A stretch of DNA of 64,000 nucleotides, taken from an uncultured SAR86 cluster bacterium. Its GTDB lineage: Bacteria > Pseudomonadota > Gammaproteobacteria > Magnimaribacterales > D2472. Below are positions 30,318-40,444 of the stretch, in pieces (within the stretch, counting starts at the first letter, position 1; every line of letters begins with the position of its first letter). A model generated the notes under the pieces. It saw only the letters and a list, made by a program, of their open reading frames with translations. It searched no databases and was not told where the DNA came from. The stretch spans positions 4,380 through 68,379 of the forward strand of contig CACOHS010000002.1 of assembly GCA_902627055.1 (NCBI GenBank). The letters run 5' to 3'. A program made the translations under genes and the position numbers.

Positions 30318-30895
30318 CTGTTGCAATTATCGATAGTGGAGGTTCGAATCTCCGCTCTGTAGCCAAAGCAATTGATAGATTGAATAAATCGTATGTAATT
30401 ACTGATATTGCGGATGAAATAATGAAAGCTTCATTTGTAATTCTTCCAGGTGTTGGATCTGCCAGAAATGTTATGAGTGAACTCAAAAAAAAGAATCTCG
30501 TTGATGTTATAAATAATTTAAAGCAACCAGTATTAGGTATATGTATCGGAATGCAGATTTTATTTGAATATTCTGCAGAAGGTAATACAAAGTGTTTAGG
30601 ATTGATTGAAGGAGACATTCAAAAATTTGATGAATCAACAGATTTAAAAGTTCCTCAAATGGGATGGAATAAAGTGACGTTTTCAGATCAAAAACTAAAA
30701 AAATTTAATAACTATTATTACTTTGCAAATAGTTACTATTCCGACATCCAAAAACATACAACTGCAACATCAGAGTATGGAAATATATTTACTTCAGTTG
30801 TAGAAAAAAATAATTTCTTAGGGTGTCAATTTCATCCTGAAAAATCATCAGACGCTGGTGAATATTTTTTGCAATATTTTTTTCAAAAATCATGA
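30314..30895 (+). CDS. hisH: imidazole glycerol phosphate synthase, glutaminase subunit
   Basis: GTG start with a GTGA overlap. VAIIDSGGSNLRSV, GICIGMQ (catalytic Cys) and QFHPEKS. Confidence 0.93.
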   Translation: MTVAIIDSGGSNLRSVAKAIDRLNKSYVITDIADEIMKASFVILPGVGSARNVMSELKKKNLVDVINNLKQPVLGICIGMQILFEYSAEGNTKCLGLIEGDIQKFDESTDLKVPQMGWNKVTFSDQKLKKFNNYYYFANSYYSDIQKHTTATSEYGNIFTSVVEKNNFLGCQFHPEKSSDAGEYFLQYFFQKS

Positions 30896-31611
30896 AGATT
30901 TTTCCAGCAATTGATTTAAAGAACGGATCTTGTGTGCGTCTACTAAAGGGAGATTTCAATAGTCTGACTGAGTACAATAAAGATCCGATTGATCAAGCAA
31001 AAATTTTCTTAAAAAATAATTTTGATTATCTTCATGTGATTGATCTTGATGGAGCTCAAACAGGCAATCAGTCAAATATTTCTGTCATCAAAGAATTAGT
31101 AAAAATTCCTAATCTTAAGATACAAGTAGGAGGTGGTATAAGAACAATCGATGATGCTCTAAAAATAATAGATATGGGAGTCTCAAGAATCATCATCGGA
31201 ACATCAATATTTGCAAAAGGTTTTTTAACGGAAATTAAAAAGAAATTTAATCCGGAACAAATTATTTTAGCAATAGATTTCATGGAGACTGAGGGAATTC
31301 CATATATTTATACTCATGGATGGCAAGATAATAGCCATATCAATCTATTTGACTTTATGTCTGATAATTCTCACTTTAAAAACTTTCTTGCTACTGATAT
31401 TTCTCTTGACGGAGTTATGCAGGGCCCAAGCTTCAAAACATATGAGAAAATTTTAGCAAAGAATCCTTCAATTAATTTAATTGCATCTGGTGGTATCACT
31501 TCAATTAATGATTTATCTGAATTAAAACGCATCAAAATAAAGGAATCTATAGTTGGTAAAGCAATCTATGAAAAACAAATATCTTTGTCTGAGTTAAATA
31601 ATGATTACTAG
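30892..31611 (+). CDS. hisA: ProFAR isomerase
   Basis: MKIFPAIDLKNGSCVRLLKGDF with a (beta/alpha)8 HisA pattern. Confidence 0.93.
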   Translation: MKIFPAIDLKNGSCVRLLKGDFNSLTEYNKDPIDQAKIFLKNNFDYLHVIDLDGAQTGNQSNISVIKELVKIPNLKIQVGGGIRTIDDALKIIDMGVSRIIIGTSIFAKGFLTEIKKKFNPEQIILAIDFMETEGIPYIYTHGWQDNSHINLFDFMSDNSHFKNFLATDISLDGVMQGPSFKTYEKILAKNPSINLIASGGITSINDLSELKRIKIKESIVGKAIYEKQISLSELNNDY

Positions 31612-32368
31612 AAGAATAATACCTTGCTTAGATGTTAGAGATGGCAAGGTCGTTAAAGGAGTTCAATTCAAAAATCATAAAATCGTTGGGTCTATAGTTG
31701 ATTTAGCAGAAAAATACTCTACAGAGGGTGCAGACGAGCTAGTATTTTATGATATTAGTGCGAGCACAGTTGGAGCAACAGTTAAGAAAGAATGGGTTGC
31801 TAAAATTGCTGATGTTATAAATATTCCTTTTTGTGTAGCTGGAGGAATTAAATCAATCGATGATGCAAGATCAATTCTCAATTTAGGTGCAGACAAAATA
31901 TCAATTAATACCCCTGCCCTAGAAAATTCGAAATTGATAAATCAACTTAGCAAGGAATTTGGATCCCAGTGTGTTGTTATAGGTATGGACATAAAAACTG
32001 TTAATAATAATGACTATCTTTTTGCTAAGACTGGCAACGAAACTACCATGCATTCAACAGGCATTAATGCAATGGAATGGATTAAGGAAGTTCAAGATCT
32101 TGGCGCTGGAGAGGTTGTAATAAATTCAATGAATAAAGACGGTATGAGGAATGGATATGACATTAAGCTACTTAAAAAACTTAGCAGTGTTTGTAATTTA
32201 CCAATGATTGCATCAGGAGGCGCTGGTTGCAAAGAAGATTTTATTAATGTGTTTAAGGAAACAAATGTAGATGGTGCATTAGCAGCAAGTATATTTCATA
32301 GTGGTAAATATTCAATTTCTCAAATCAAATCTTCTTTAGTAGAAAAAAAAATTAATATAAGGATCTAA
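31601..32368 (+). CDS. hisF: imidazole glycerol phosphate synthase, cyclase subunit
   Basis: RIIPCLDVRDGKVVKGVQF and ASGGAG blocks. Confidence 0.95.
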   Translation: MITRRIIPCLDVRDGKVVKGVQFKNHKIVGSIVDLAEKYSTEGADELVFYDISASTVGATVKKEWVAKIADVINIPFCVAGGIKSIDDARSILNLGADKISINTPALENSKLINQLSKEFGSQCVVIGMDIKTVNNNDYLFAKTGNETTMHSTGINAMEWIKEVQDLGAGEVVINSMNKDGMRNGYDIKLLKKLSSVCNLPMIASGGAGCKEDFINVFKETNVDGALAASIFHSGKYSISQIKSSLVEKKINIRI

Positions 32369-32370
32369 AT

Positions 32371-32961
32371 ATGATTAAACTCGACTGGAAAAAGGTAAAC
32401 GGTCTGATCCCTGCGATTATCCAAGACCATCAATCGCTTCAGGTTTTAATGCTTGGATATATGAATGAAGAAGCGTTAAAAATTAGTCAATCCACAGGAT
32501 TCGCAACATTTTTTAGTAGAACAAGGCAATGCATTTGGACAAAAGGAGAAACCTCTGGGAACAAATTAGCAATTAAGAAAATTGTTCATGACTGTGACAA
32601 TGATACGCTCTTAATTCTTGCCGAAAATAAAGGACCAACATGCCATCTCGGAAGAAATTCATGTTTTCTTGATGCTCCCTCGTCGATAAATGTAATCAAA
32701 AATCTTGAGCAAACCATAGATCATCGAATTGAAGAAGCTGACATGTCATCTTACACATATCAGCTGTTTAAGGATGGAATTAAAGAAATAGCAAAAAAAG
32801 TTACCGAAGAAGCAGGTGAAGTATCAATTGCTGCTGTTACTAAAGATGGAAGAGTTATCAGCGAATCTGCTGATTTAATGTATCACTTATTAGTCATGCT
32901 GAGAGCTCAGAACCTCAACTATAGTGATGTGCTTGACGAGCTTGAGCTGAGATCTAAATAA
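32371..32961 (+). CDS. hisI: bifunctional phosphoribosyl-AMP cyclohydrolase / phosphoribosyl-ATP pyrophosphatase
   Basis: HisI block LIPAIIQDHQSLQVLMLGYMNEEAL...CH, followed by a HisE-type C-terminal helical domain (DLMYHLLVML). Confidence 0.93.
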   Translation: MIKLDWKKVNGLIPAIIQDHQSLQVLMLGYMNEEALKISQSTGFATFFSRTRQCIWTKGETSGNKLAIKKIVHDCDNDTLLILAENKGPTCHLGRNSCFLDAPSSINVIKNLEQTIDHRIEEADMSSYTYQLFKDGIKEIAKKVTEEAGEVSIAAVTKDGRVISESADLMYHLLVMLRAQNLNYSDVLDELELRSK

Positions 32962-32963
32962 TA

Positions 32964-34628
32964 TTACTTTTCAACTACGTAATTATCTACTTGCTCTCTC
33001 ATTTCTTTTCTTAATAAAAACATGGCAAATAGATTTGGAATTGTAACAAGTGCAACCACCACATAAGCTATATTCCATATAACAGTAGTATCAATAATTG
33101 CTGCAGCTATAAAACAAAGAACATAAAGCATTCGATACCATGGAACAGCAGTTTCACCAAAAATATATGCTGTTGACCTATCACCATAATAGGACCAGGC
33201 AATGGCTGTAGAAAATGCAAATAAAAGCAGTCCAATAGCTACTATATATTCTCCATATAGCCCCAAAACACCTGAGCCAAAGGCTTTAGAGGTAAGTTCT
33301 GCAGAATGAATAAGAGATTTTCCTTTAACCTGAATTGAATTATCAGAAATTACGCCATCATTTATCTCAATAGTTCCATCATATAAAATATTTTGTTTAT
33401 AAAATCTAACATCCTCGGCAATAGAATTGTTATGAAAGATTGTTATTCCATCTTGATCTAATTCACCACTGATGATGTTTAAATCTCCAGAGAAGTTTTC
33501 TACGGCCGAAGTATTATTAGTAAACTTTCTTGCATCAAGGATATATTTACCAAGCTCTTCAACGTCATTAACATTAGACTCATTATATTCACCAACAAAA
33601 ATTGCCATGGATGATCTTTCAAATGTATTTTCATATTTTTGAGTCCAAGCCCCGCTAGATAAGATAACAAGAGCTGTTACGCTGCAGACTACAATAGTGT
33701 CTATAAATGGTTCTAGAATTGAGACCATTCCTTGCTCTATTGAGTGCTCAGTTTTAGCAGAAGCATGAGCAATGGGCGATGAGCCTTGTCCAGCTTCATT
33801 TGAATACAGTCCTCTTGCAACGCCCAGCTTTAAACTCATAGCAAAACTTGCACCGAGGAAACCGCCAACTGCTGCTGACCCTGAAAAGACTTGCGAGAAT
33901 ATAGAATTAAATGAAGGGATAATATTATGATAATTCTCTATTACAACAACTAAAGCTCCTCCAAAATAGATTACTGCCATTACTGGAACTAACCTACTGG
34001 CAATTTTTGCTATTCTTTTAATGCCGCCTGAAATAATTAACCACAACATAATTCCCAAAATTAAACCAGTAGCTAACTTTGGAATACTAAACGCTGAATC
34101 AAGAACACCTGCTATGTTATTGATTTGAGGCATATTTCCTGAACCAATTGCACAGATCATCATTAAAGCTGCAAAAAGAACTCCTGCTGATCTCATATTG
34201 AAGCTTTTTTCTATGTAATACATTGGTCCGCCTGATATAGAACCATCAGATAAAGTAGTTCTGTACTTATGAGCTAATGTAACCTCAACAAATTTTGTAG
34301 TCATTCCAAAAATAGCAGTGATCCACATCCAAAAAATAGCTGCTGGACCTCCAATCCATATTGCAAGTGCAACTCCTCCAATATTGCCGGTACCAACAGC
34401 ACCTGACATGGCTGTTGTAAGAGCCTCGAATGGCGAGGTTTCTCCTTTTGTATCTTCTTTTTCGTATTTACCAGTAACTATTCTCCACCCATGAGCAAAG
34501 AATCTAAATTGAGGAAATCCTAGATAGCCCGTAAAAAAAATCCCTATTCCTATTAAAAAAGCTGGAAACCACCAAGATCCACTCAAATAACCATCTAAAA
34601 GTAGTAAAAACTCATTAAATGCAACCAT
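32964..34628 (-). CDS. alanine/glycine:cation symporter (AGCS) family transporter with a roughly 115-aa hydrophilic insertion
   Basis: AGCS blocks SPFEALTTAMSGAVGTGNIGGVA, NEAGQGSSPIAHA and FAFSTAIAWSYYG. An extra hydrophilic segment spans about aa 329-443. Confidence 0.85.
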   Translation of the reverse strand: MVAFNEFLLLLDGYLSGSWWFPAFLIGIGIFFTGYLGFPQFRFFAHGWRIVTGKYEKEDTKGETSPFEALTTAMSGAVGTGNIGGVALAIWIGGPAAIFWMWITAIFGMTTKFVEVTLAHKYRTTLSDGSISGGPMYYIEKSFNMRSAGVLFAALMMICAIGSGNMPQINNIAGVLDSAFSIPKLATGLILGIMLWLIISGGIKRIAKIASRLVPVMAVIYFGGALVVVIENYHNIIPSFNSIFSQVFSGSAAVGGFLGASFAMSLKLGVARGLYSNEAGQGSSPIAHASAKTEHSIEQGMVSILEPFIDTIVVCSVTALVILSSGAWTQKYENTFERSSMAIFVGEYNESNVNDVEELGKYILDARKFTNNTSAVENFSGDLNIISGELDQDGITIFHNNSIAEDVRFYKQNILYDGTIEINDGVISDNSIQVKGKSLIHSAELTSKAFGSGVLGLYGEYIVAIGLLLFAFSTAIAWSYYGDRSTAYIFGETAVPWYRMLYVLCFIAAAIIDTTVIWNIAYVVVALVTIPNLFAMFLLRKEMREQVDNYVVEK

Positions 34629-34637
34629 TTTAGTTCC

Positions 34638-34871
34638 TTATTTCTCTAACCATTCAATCATGTCGGTATAACCACCAATTAGATCATCATCAACAAATAT
34701 TTGAGGCATTGTCCTAGCGTTAGGATTTCTTGTCATTAACATATCAAAGACTTCGGGAATTTCTGCGTTGTATTCTTTATATGGAATATCGTTTTGTTTG
34801 AAGTAATTCTTTGCTTTATCACAAAAGACACAATTTGATTTAGAATATATTTCTACATTTTTTAACATCAT
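34638..34871 (-). CDS. glutaredoxin (CVFC active site, Grx/NrdC-like)
   Basis: 77 aa with CVFCDKAK and TMPQIFVDDDLIGGY. Confidence 0.85.
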   Translation of the reverse strand: MMLKNVEIYSKSNCVFCDKAKNYFKQNDIPYKEYNAEIPEVFDMLMTRNPNARTMPQIFVDDDLIGGYTDMIEWLEK

Positions 34872-34886
34872 AGGATTATAAGCTAA

Positions 34887-35651
34887 ATGTCATTATTTAA
34901 TTTAAAAAATAAATCATTTTTAATTACGGGATCATCAAAAGGAATCGGAAAATCAATTGCTTTTCATGCAGCAATGCATGGAGCTAAGGTAATCATCTCA
35001 AGCAGAAAGATTGATGCTTGCAAAGAAGTTGCTAATGAAATTAATAAGCATATTGGCTCAGAATCTGCATTTCCAATTGCTGGGAATATTGCTGTTGAAT
35101 CAGATCTTGAAAACCTTGTAAATGAATCAAACAAGATATTAGGAAAAATTGATGTGCTTATATGTAATGCTGCAACAAATCCTTTTATGGGTTCTATGGC
35201 CGACATCCCATCGGATGCTTTTGATAAAGTTATGAACAATAATATTAAAGCAAATCACATTTTAGCAAATTTAGTTACTCCTCAAATGATTGAACGTAAA
35301 GATGGAGTTATTATTATTATCTCCAGTATTGGTGGAACTAAAGGTAGTAACCTTCTTGGTACCTATAGTATTAGTAAAGCAGCTGATATACAGATGGTGA
35401 AAAACTTAGCTGTAGAATTCGGTCAATATAATATCAGGGCTAATAGTATTGCGCCGGGTCTCATTAGGACTGACTTCGCTCGGGGATTATGGGAAAATCC
35501 GACTCTTCATGACCATTACACAAGTACACATCCTATGAAAAGAATTGGTGAACCTGATGAAGTTGCAGGTGCTGCAATAATGCTAGCGTCAGATGCAGGG
35601 AAATATATTAATGGTCAAACAATAATAGTTGATGGTGGCGCTACAGCCTAA
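34887..35651 (+). CDS. SDR-family oxidoreductase
   Basis: TGSSKGIG, NAA and YSISKAA motifs. Confidence 0.85.
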   Translation: MSLFNLKNKSFLITGSSKGIGKSIAFHAAMHGAKVIISSRKIDACKEVANEINKHIGSESAFPIAGNIAVESDLENLVNESNKILGKIDVLICNAATNPFMGSMADIPSDAFDKVMNNNIKANHILANLVTPQMIERKDGVIIIISSIGGTKGSNLLGTYSISKAADIQMVKNLAVEFGQYNIRANSIAPGLIRTDFARGLWENPTLHDHYTSTHPMKRIGEPDEVAGAAIMLASDAGKYINGQTIIVDGGATA

Positions 35652-36640
35652 GAAAATAAATTTTTTATTTTTTGAAAAAAGTTATTTAACCCAATTTGCT
35701 CATTTAAAGAAGGCACTTTTAAAAGTTGATATTTATATTCAATTAACTGTTCAATTAAATCTGATATCAACATTGGATCAATCTTTGCATTATCAAGTGA
35801 TGTAATGGCTGGATGAGTTTTATAAAAATCTTTTTCAATACCTAAACAAGTCTTTAGGAATAAAATAATGGAATTAATTTTTTCATCAAATGTAATATTA
35901 ATTTCCTTATAAAACTTTATTAAATCAGGAGTGGTTATTTCACCCAAACAATAAGAGTTTAAATTTTGAGTAATTTCTCTGTATTGCCCAGCCATATCAT
36001 TATTAATTTGCGTCTCAATTTCTAAAGGTGTTGAGTCTGGAGCAAAATCTAGGGTCGAATAATCAATATATCCTTTGTCTGTTATCCATTTATCAAGTGC
36101 ATCTGCTGTGGGATTATTTATTGTAATAATGTTTGAGCGACTATATATCGTGGGTAAGAAAAATTTACGTTTATTTGAAACTAAAAATATATGCTTGTTC
36201 TCTGGTAATTCCTCTAATGTTTTTAGGAGTGCATTTTGTGAATTAACATTCATGTTATGACCATCAAATATGATTGCTAATCTGTGACTTGAGACTGAGT
36301 GTGTCATAGCAATGAATTCATTCAAAGCTCTTACTCCTTCAATTTTTTTTGAATTCATTGAGTCTATTTTCGCTTTTGAATATGAGTGCAATATGCTTGA
36401 GCATGAATCAGCAGAAAGAAAACAAAAATCTGGATGAGAGCCAGCTAAGAAATAATTACAAGAATTACAATTACTACAAGGCGCAAAATCATCGGAACAT
36501 AATAATTTTTGTGCAAAAAAATTAGCAAGGTGATTTTTAGCAAGGCCTGATTCACCCTCAATAATTATAGATGATGGAAAATTAATATTTTTATAAGTTG
36601 ATACTACTTCAGTTAACCAAGGGAATTTCTCTAAATTCAT
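35648..36640 (-). CDS. holB: DNA polymerase III subunit delta'
   Basis: Cys-rich zinc module CSDDFAPCSNCNSCNYFLAGSHPDF and the conserved tmk-holB position. Confidence 0.85.
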   Translation of the reverse strand: MNLEKFPWLTEVVSTYKNINFPSSIIIEGESGLAKNHLANFFAQKLLCSDDFAPCSNCNSCNYFLAGSHPDFCFLSADSCSSILHSYSKAKIDSMNSKKIEGVRALNEFIAMTHSVSSHRLAIIFDGHNMNVNSQNALLKTLEELPENKHIFLVSNKRKFFLPTIYSRSNIITINNPTADALDKWITDKGYIDYSTLDFAPDSTPLEIETQINNDMAGQYREITQNLNSYCLGEITTPDLIKFYKEINITFDEKINSIILFLKTCLGIEKDFYKTHPAITSLDNAKIDPMLISDLIEQLIEYKYQLLKVPSLNEQIGLNNFFQKIKNLFS

Positions 36641-36641
36641 T

Positions 36642-37235
36642 TTAAATTAAGGGCTCAATTAGAGCTTTAGTTTGCTGATTAAGTATCTCTATGGACTCTG
36701 ATGCGTCTAATATTACGACTTCCTCTCTTTCATTGGCTATTTGCTGATAGCCTTTTCTAACATCTTCAAAGAAATTTATTCCTGATGATTCAATTCTGTC
36801 AATATCATCTTTTGCTTTTCGTTTAAAACCAAGATTCACATCAAGATCATATATTATTGTTAAATCAGGAATTGGGCAGTTGATGTTTATAATAAGACTG
36901 TCTATTAAATCAAGAGGGAGCTTTCTTCCGTAGCCCTGATATGCAATTGAAGCATGATAATATCTATCACAAAGTACAATATCCTCGTTTGCTTTGGTCA
37001 AATGCTCCTTTATCATTTCTGCTCTTGCAGCAAACATTAACAATAATTCAGTGTGTGCTGAAATATTGTAATCTTTTGATAAAAGTAGCTCTCTTATCTT
37101 TTCTCCAAATTCTGTAGACCCTGGTTCTCTTATAAGTTTTGAACTTAAACCTTTGCTTGTTAGCCATTCAAGAATTAAATTTATTTGGGTTGACTTACCT
37201 ACTCCTTCAATTCCTTCAAATGAAATCAATTTCAT
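36642..37235 (-). CDS. tmk: thymidylate kinase
   Basis: FEGIEGVGKSTQ P-loop and the DRY motif (CDRYYHAS). Confidence 0.93.
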   Translation of the reverse strand: MKLISFEGIEGVGKSTQINLILEWLTSKGLSSKLIREPGSTEFGEKIRELLLSKDYNISAHTELLLMFAARAEMIKEHLTKANEDIVLCDRYYHASIAYQGYGRKLPLDLIDSLIININCPIPDLTIIYDLDVNLGFKRKAKDDIDRIESSGINFFEDVRKGYQQIANEREEVVILDASESIEILNQQTKALIEPLI

Positions 37236-37238
37236 AAT

Positions 37239-38231
37239 TTAATTGAGTTGGTATCTATAAACAGCATCAAGATGCTCTTTGTAGGTTTTAGAAAATTTGT
37301 GCGTCCCATCACCCTTTGCAACAAAGTATAAATAATCATTTTTCATACCCAATATTACTGCCTCTAACGAGGATTTGCTAATAGTAGATATAGGCGTTGG
37401 AGGTAATCCTGGAATTTGGTAGGTATTGTAGGGATTATTTTTATCCAGTAAATTTGCTTTTGTAATATCACCATTAAAATTTGGCAATAACCCATAAATT
37501 ATTGTTGGGTCTGCCTGCAACTTCATACCAATAGATATTCTATGTAAAAATACTCCAGCTATAATTGGCTTCTCATTTTCATTACCAGCTTCCTTTTCAA
37601 CGATTGAGGCAAGTATTATTGCATCAGATAAATTTTTAATTGGTAGTTGTGGATTTTTATTTACCCACAAGTTTGCGGCTAGTTGAAAAAAATCACTTTG
37701 AGATTTTTTTAAAATCTTTGCTAATGAGGATGAGTGCTTATAGAAATAAGTATCTGGTTTTAATGTACCCTCAATATAATTTAGTTGATCGTCTAAACAT
37801 TCAAAATTATTACAGTCATCAAGGAAATTTGATTTTGAAATAATTTCATTAATTTCATAAAGATTTTTTCCAGAAGGAATTTTAAACTTGTATATGAATA
37901 CATCTCCACTAGAAACTGAAAAAAAGACTTCTTTCCAAGATTTATTTTTAAGATAATAATGTCCAGCTTGCGCCACTTTAATCTCATTTTTTTTCAAGTA
38001 AATTTTTAAAAGAAGTTTTTCAAATGGATTCAATGCAAAATCATCCAGAATCGAGTTAAAAGAGTCGCCCTTATTTACATTGAAAAATTCTATTTTGTCA
38101 CTAGCTCTTGAGTGAGAATATGATTCAGATGTTCCAACCAAAACTACCGCAACAATTAATAGTGTGAATATAGATATTAAAAATTTAGATTTTTTTGAAG
38201 ACAAGGGTAGAGTTGGTTCCTCCAAATCCAA
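37239..38231 (-). CDS. mltG: endolytic murein transglycosylase MltG (YceG)
   Basis: N-terminal TM helix; LASIVEKEA and YNTYQIPGLPPTPI blocks. The listed start overlaps the fabF 3' end by 47 nt, so the true start may be an internal TTG. Confidence 0.88.
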   Translation of the reverse strand: MDLEEPTLPLSSKKSKFLISIFTLLIVAVVLVGTSESYSHSRASDKIEFFNVNKGDSFNSILDDFALNPFEKLLLKIYLKKNEIKVAQAGHYYLKNKSWKEVFFSVSSGDVFIYKFKIPSGKNLYEINEIISKSNFLDDCNNFECLDDQLNYIEGTLKPDTYFYKHSSSLAKILKKSQSDFFQLAANLWVNKNPQLPIKNLSDAIILASIVEKEAGNENEKPIIAGVFLHRISIGMKLQADPTIIYGLLPNFNGDITKANLLDKNNPYNTYQIPGLPPTPISTISKSSLEAVILGMKNDYLYFVAKGDGTHKFSKTYKEHLDAVYRYQLN

Positions 38232-39417
38232 AAGAGTTATTCATAGCAACATTAACTTTTTTTTCAGTTGATACCAAGGGAGTGTAATTTAAATCGCATA
38301 GGGAATCTGGATTATCTAGATTAATTGTTGGCGGAATGATTCCATCATTTATTGCCTTTATACAAAATATAGATTCAATCGCACCAGCTGCTCCTAAAGT
38401 ATGCCCAGTCATTGATTTAGTAGAACTAATTTGCGGAACTGACTCTCCAAATACTTTTTTAAGAGCGATAGTTTCAGCTATATCTCCTAATGGTGTTGAT
38501 GTGCCATGAGCATTAATATAATCAACTTCAGATAAGTTAATTTCGGCGTCATTTATTGCATTGAACATTGACAATACAGCTCCCCTTCCATCTTCTGGCG
38601 GAGCTGTCATATGATGCGCATCAGAGCTAGCACCAAAACCGATTACCTCTGCATATATTGTTGCTCCTCTGGCCTTTGCATGATCAAAATCTTCAAGAAC
38701 TAATGAACCTGCTCCATCAGATAAAACAAATCCATCTCTATCTTTATGCCATGGTCGACTAGCTGTTTGAGGATCGGAATTCATAGATAGAGCTCTTGCG
38801 GAAATAAAACCTGCTATTGAAAGTGGAGTCGAAGCCATTTCAGCACCTCCTGCAACCATTACATCAGCTTCACCATATGCAATAGATCTAGCAGCTGTTC
38901 CAATACAGTGATTACCAGTTGAACATGCTGTAACAACAGAAGTGTTCGGGCCCATGAAACCATGTTTAATGGAAATTAAACCTGAAATCATATTAACAAT
39001 TGATCCTGGTACAAAAAACGGAGAAACTTTTTTATAACCTCTTTCTTCTAATAAGGATTTATTTTTTTCTATCGTATCTATACCACCAATACCGGCACCA
39101 AAATTAACACCAATTCTTGATAAATCAGTTTTAGAATTAAGAATTCCTGAATGTTCGATAGATTGGTTGGCAGCAATAATTCCATATTGAATAAAAGGAT
39201 CAATTCTTCTAATTTCTTTGGAATCTAGGAAATCTTCAGGATTAAAGTTTTTTAAACGTCCACCAACTTTTATAGGATTATTCTCTAAATCTATATCAAT
39301 ATTTGTAATTCCTGACATTCCATTTATGCAAGAATTCCAAGCCTCATCTAAAGTATTACCTATAGGGGATAATATACCTAAACCAGTAACTACAACTCTT
39401 CTGTGTAGTTGCTTCAT
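38185..39417 (-). CDS. fabF: beta-ketoacyl-ACP synthase II
   Basis: Active-site contexts VVTACSTG, NAHGTSTP and GHTLGAAG. Confidence 0.95.
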   Translation of the reverse strand: MKQLHRRVVVTGLGILSPIGNTLDEAWNSCINGMSGITNIDIDLENNPIKVGGRLKNFNPEDFLDSKEIRRIDPFIQYGIIAANQSIEHSGILNSKTDLSRIGVNFGAGIGGIDTIEKNKSLLEERGYKKVSPFFVPGSIVNMISGLISIKHGFMGPNTSVVTACSTGNHCIGTAARSIAYGEADVMVAGGAEMASTPLSIAGFISARALSMNSDPQTASRPWHKDRDGFVLSDGAGSLVLEDFDHAKARGATIYAEVIGFGASSDAHHMTAPPEDGRGAVLSMFNAINDAEINLSEVDYINAHGTSTPLGDIAETIALKKVFGESVPQISSTKSMTGHTLGAAGAIESIFCIKAINDGIIPPTINLDNPDSLCDLNYTPLVSTEKKVNVAMNNSFGFGGTNSTLVFKKI

Positions 39418-39428
39418 TGAAGGAAGTT

Positions 39429-39659
39429 TTAACTATTAGAGTTTATGTAATTAACTGCTTCTTCAACAGTTGAAATTTTCTCTGCTTCTTCGTCAGCTAT
39501 TTCAAGTTCAAACTCTTCTTCAAGAGCCATAACTAACTCGACTGTATCTAATGAATCAGCTCCTAGATCATCAACAAATGAAGAGTCATTATTAACTTCA
39601 TCGTCTCCGACACCAAGCTGCTCGCAAACAATTTTTCTTACTCTTTCTTCGATACTCAC
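39429..39659 (-). CDS. acpP: acyl carrier protein
   Basis: [20 protein letters not shown]. Confidence 0.97.
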   Translation of the reverse strand: MSIEERVRKIVCEQLGVGDDEVNNDSSFVDDLGADSLDTVELVMALEEEFELEIADEEAEKISTVEEAVNYINSNS

Positions 39660-39721
39660 AAGGCATCCTCCATAAAATGAAATCTATTCTACAACAATTT
39701 TAACAAAAACATATAAAATCA

Positions 39722-40444
39722 TTAACTCATATAAAGGCCGCCATCCACAGAAATAGTTTGACCAGTAATGTAATCACCTTTAGAAGAGGCTAAGAATAAA
39801 GCTAAATCTGCTATTTGTTGTGAATTACCCATTTTGTTTGCAGGAATCTGATTTAAGATATTCTCTAATTCTTCGTCTTTAAAATGATCTGTCATATCGG
39901 TTTCGATAAATCCAGGAGCTATGCAGTTAACTGTTATATTTCTAGCAGCCACCTCTTTTGCTAAAGCTCTTGTAAAACCTCCAAGACCAGCCTTACTCGC
40001 GGAATAATTAACCTGCCCAGGATTACCCATAAGTCCAGCAACACTAGATATATTTATTATTTTTCCATAACGATCTTTAACCATTGATTTAATAAATAAT
40101 TTAGTAATATTGAACGCGCTTGTAAGATTAGAATTAATGACATCGTCCCAGTCATCCTCTTTCATTCTTAAGAAAAGTTGATCTTTGGTTATTCCAGCAT
40201 TGTTAATTAAAACATTCGGAATCTTGTTAATTTTTTTCAGCTCGTCTAAACATGATGAGATTTTGTTTCTGTCTGTGACATCAATTGGAAAATGTATGCA
40301 ATTTTCAGAATTTAATTCCTCGTTAATACTAAATGGTGATCTGGATGTTCCAATGACATAGTAACCATCGTTAACAAAGCATTTAGCTATCTCTAATCCG
40401 ATGCCTCTTGAAATTCCAGTTATAAAGACTATTTTTTTATTCAT
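39722..40444 (-). CDS. fabG: 3-oxoacyl-ACP reductase
   Basis: TGISRGIG, NNAG and YSASKAG. I prefer the ATG at 40444 (8-nt overlap with fabD) over the listed 40474. Confidence 0.93.
   Translation of the reverse strand: MNKKIVFITGISRGIGLEIAKCFVNDGYYVIGTSRSPFSINEELNSENCIHFPIDVTDRNKISSCLDELKKINKIPNVLINNAGITKDQLFLRMKEDDWDDVINSNLTSAFNITKLFIKSMVKDRYGKIINISSVAGLMGNPGQVNYSASKAGLGGFTRALAKEVAARNITVNCIAPGFIETDMTDHFKDEELENILNQIPANKMGNSQQIADLALFLASSKGDYITGQTISVDGGLYMS

Noticed and set aside
34629-34886. I looked for a glycine riboswitch or other leader upstream of the AGCS transporter.
   Set aside because: Only 9 nt separate the AGCS gene from the upstream glutaredoxin gene, and only 15 nt lie upstream of that gene. 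There is no room for a riboswitch.
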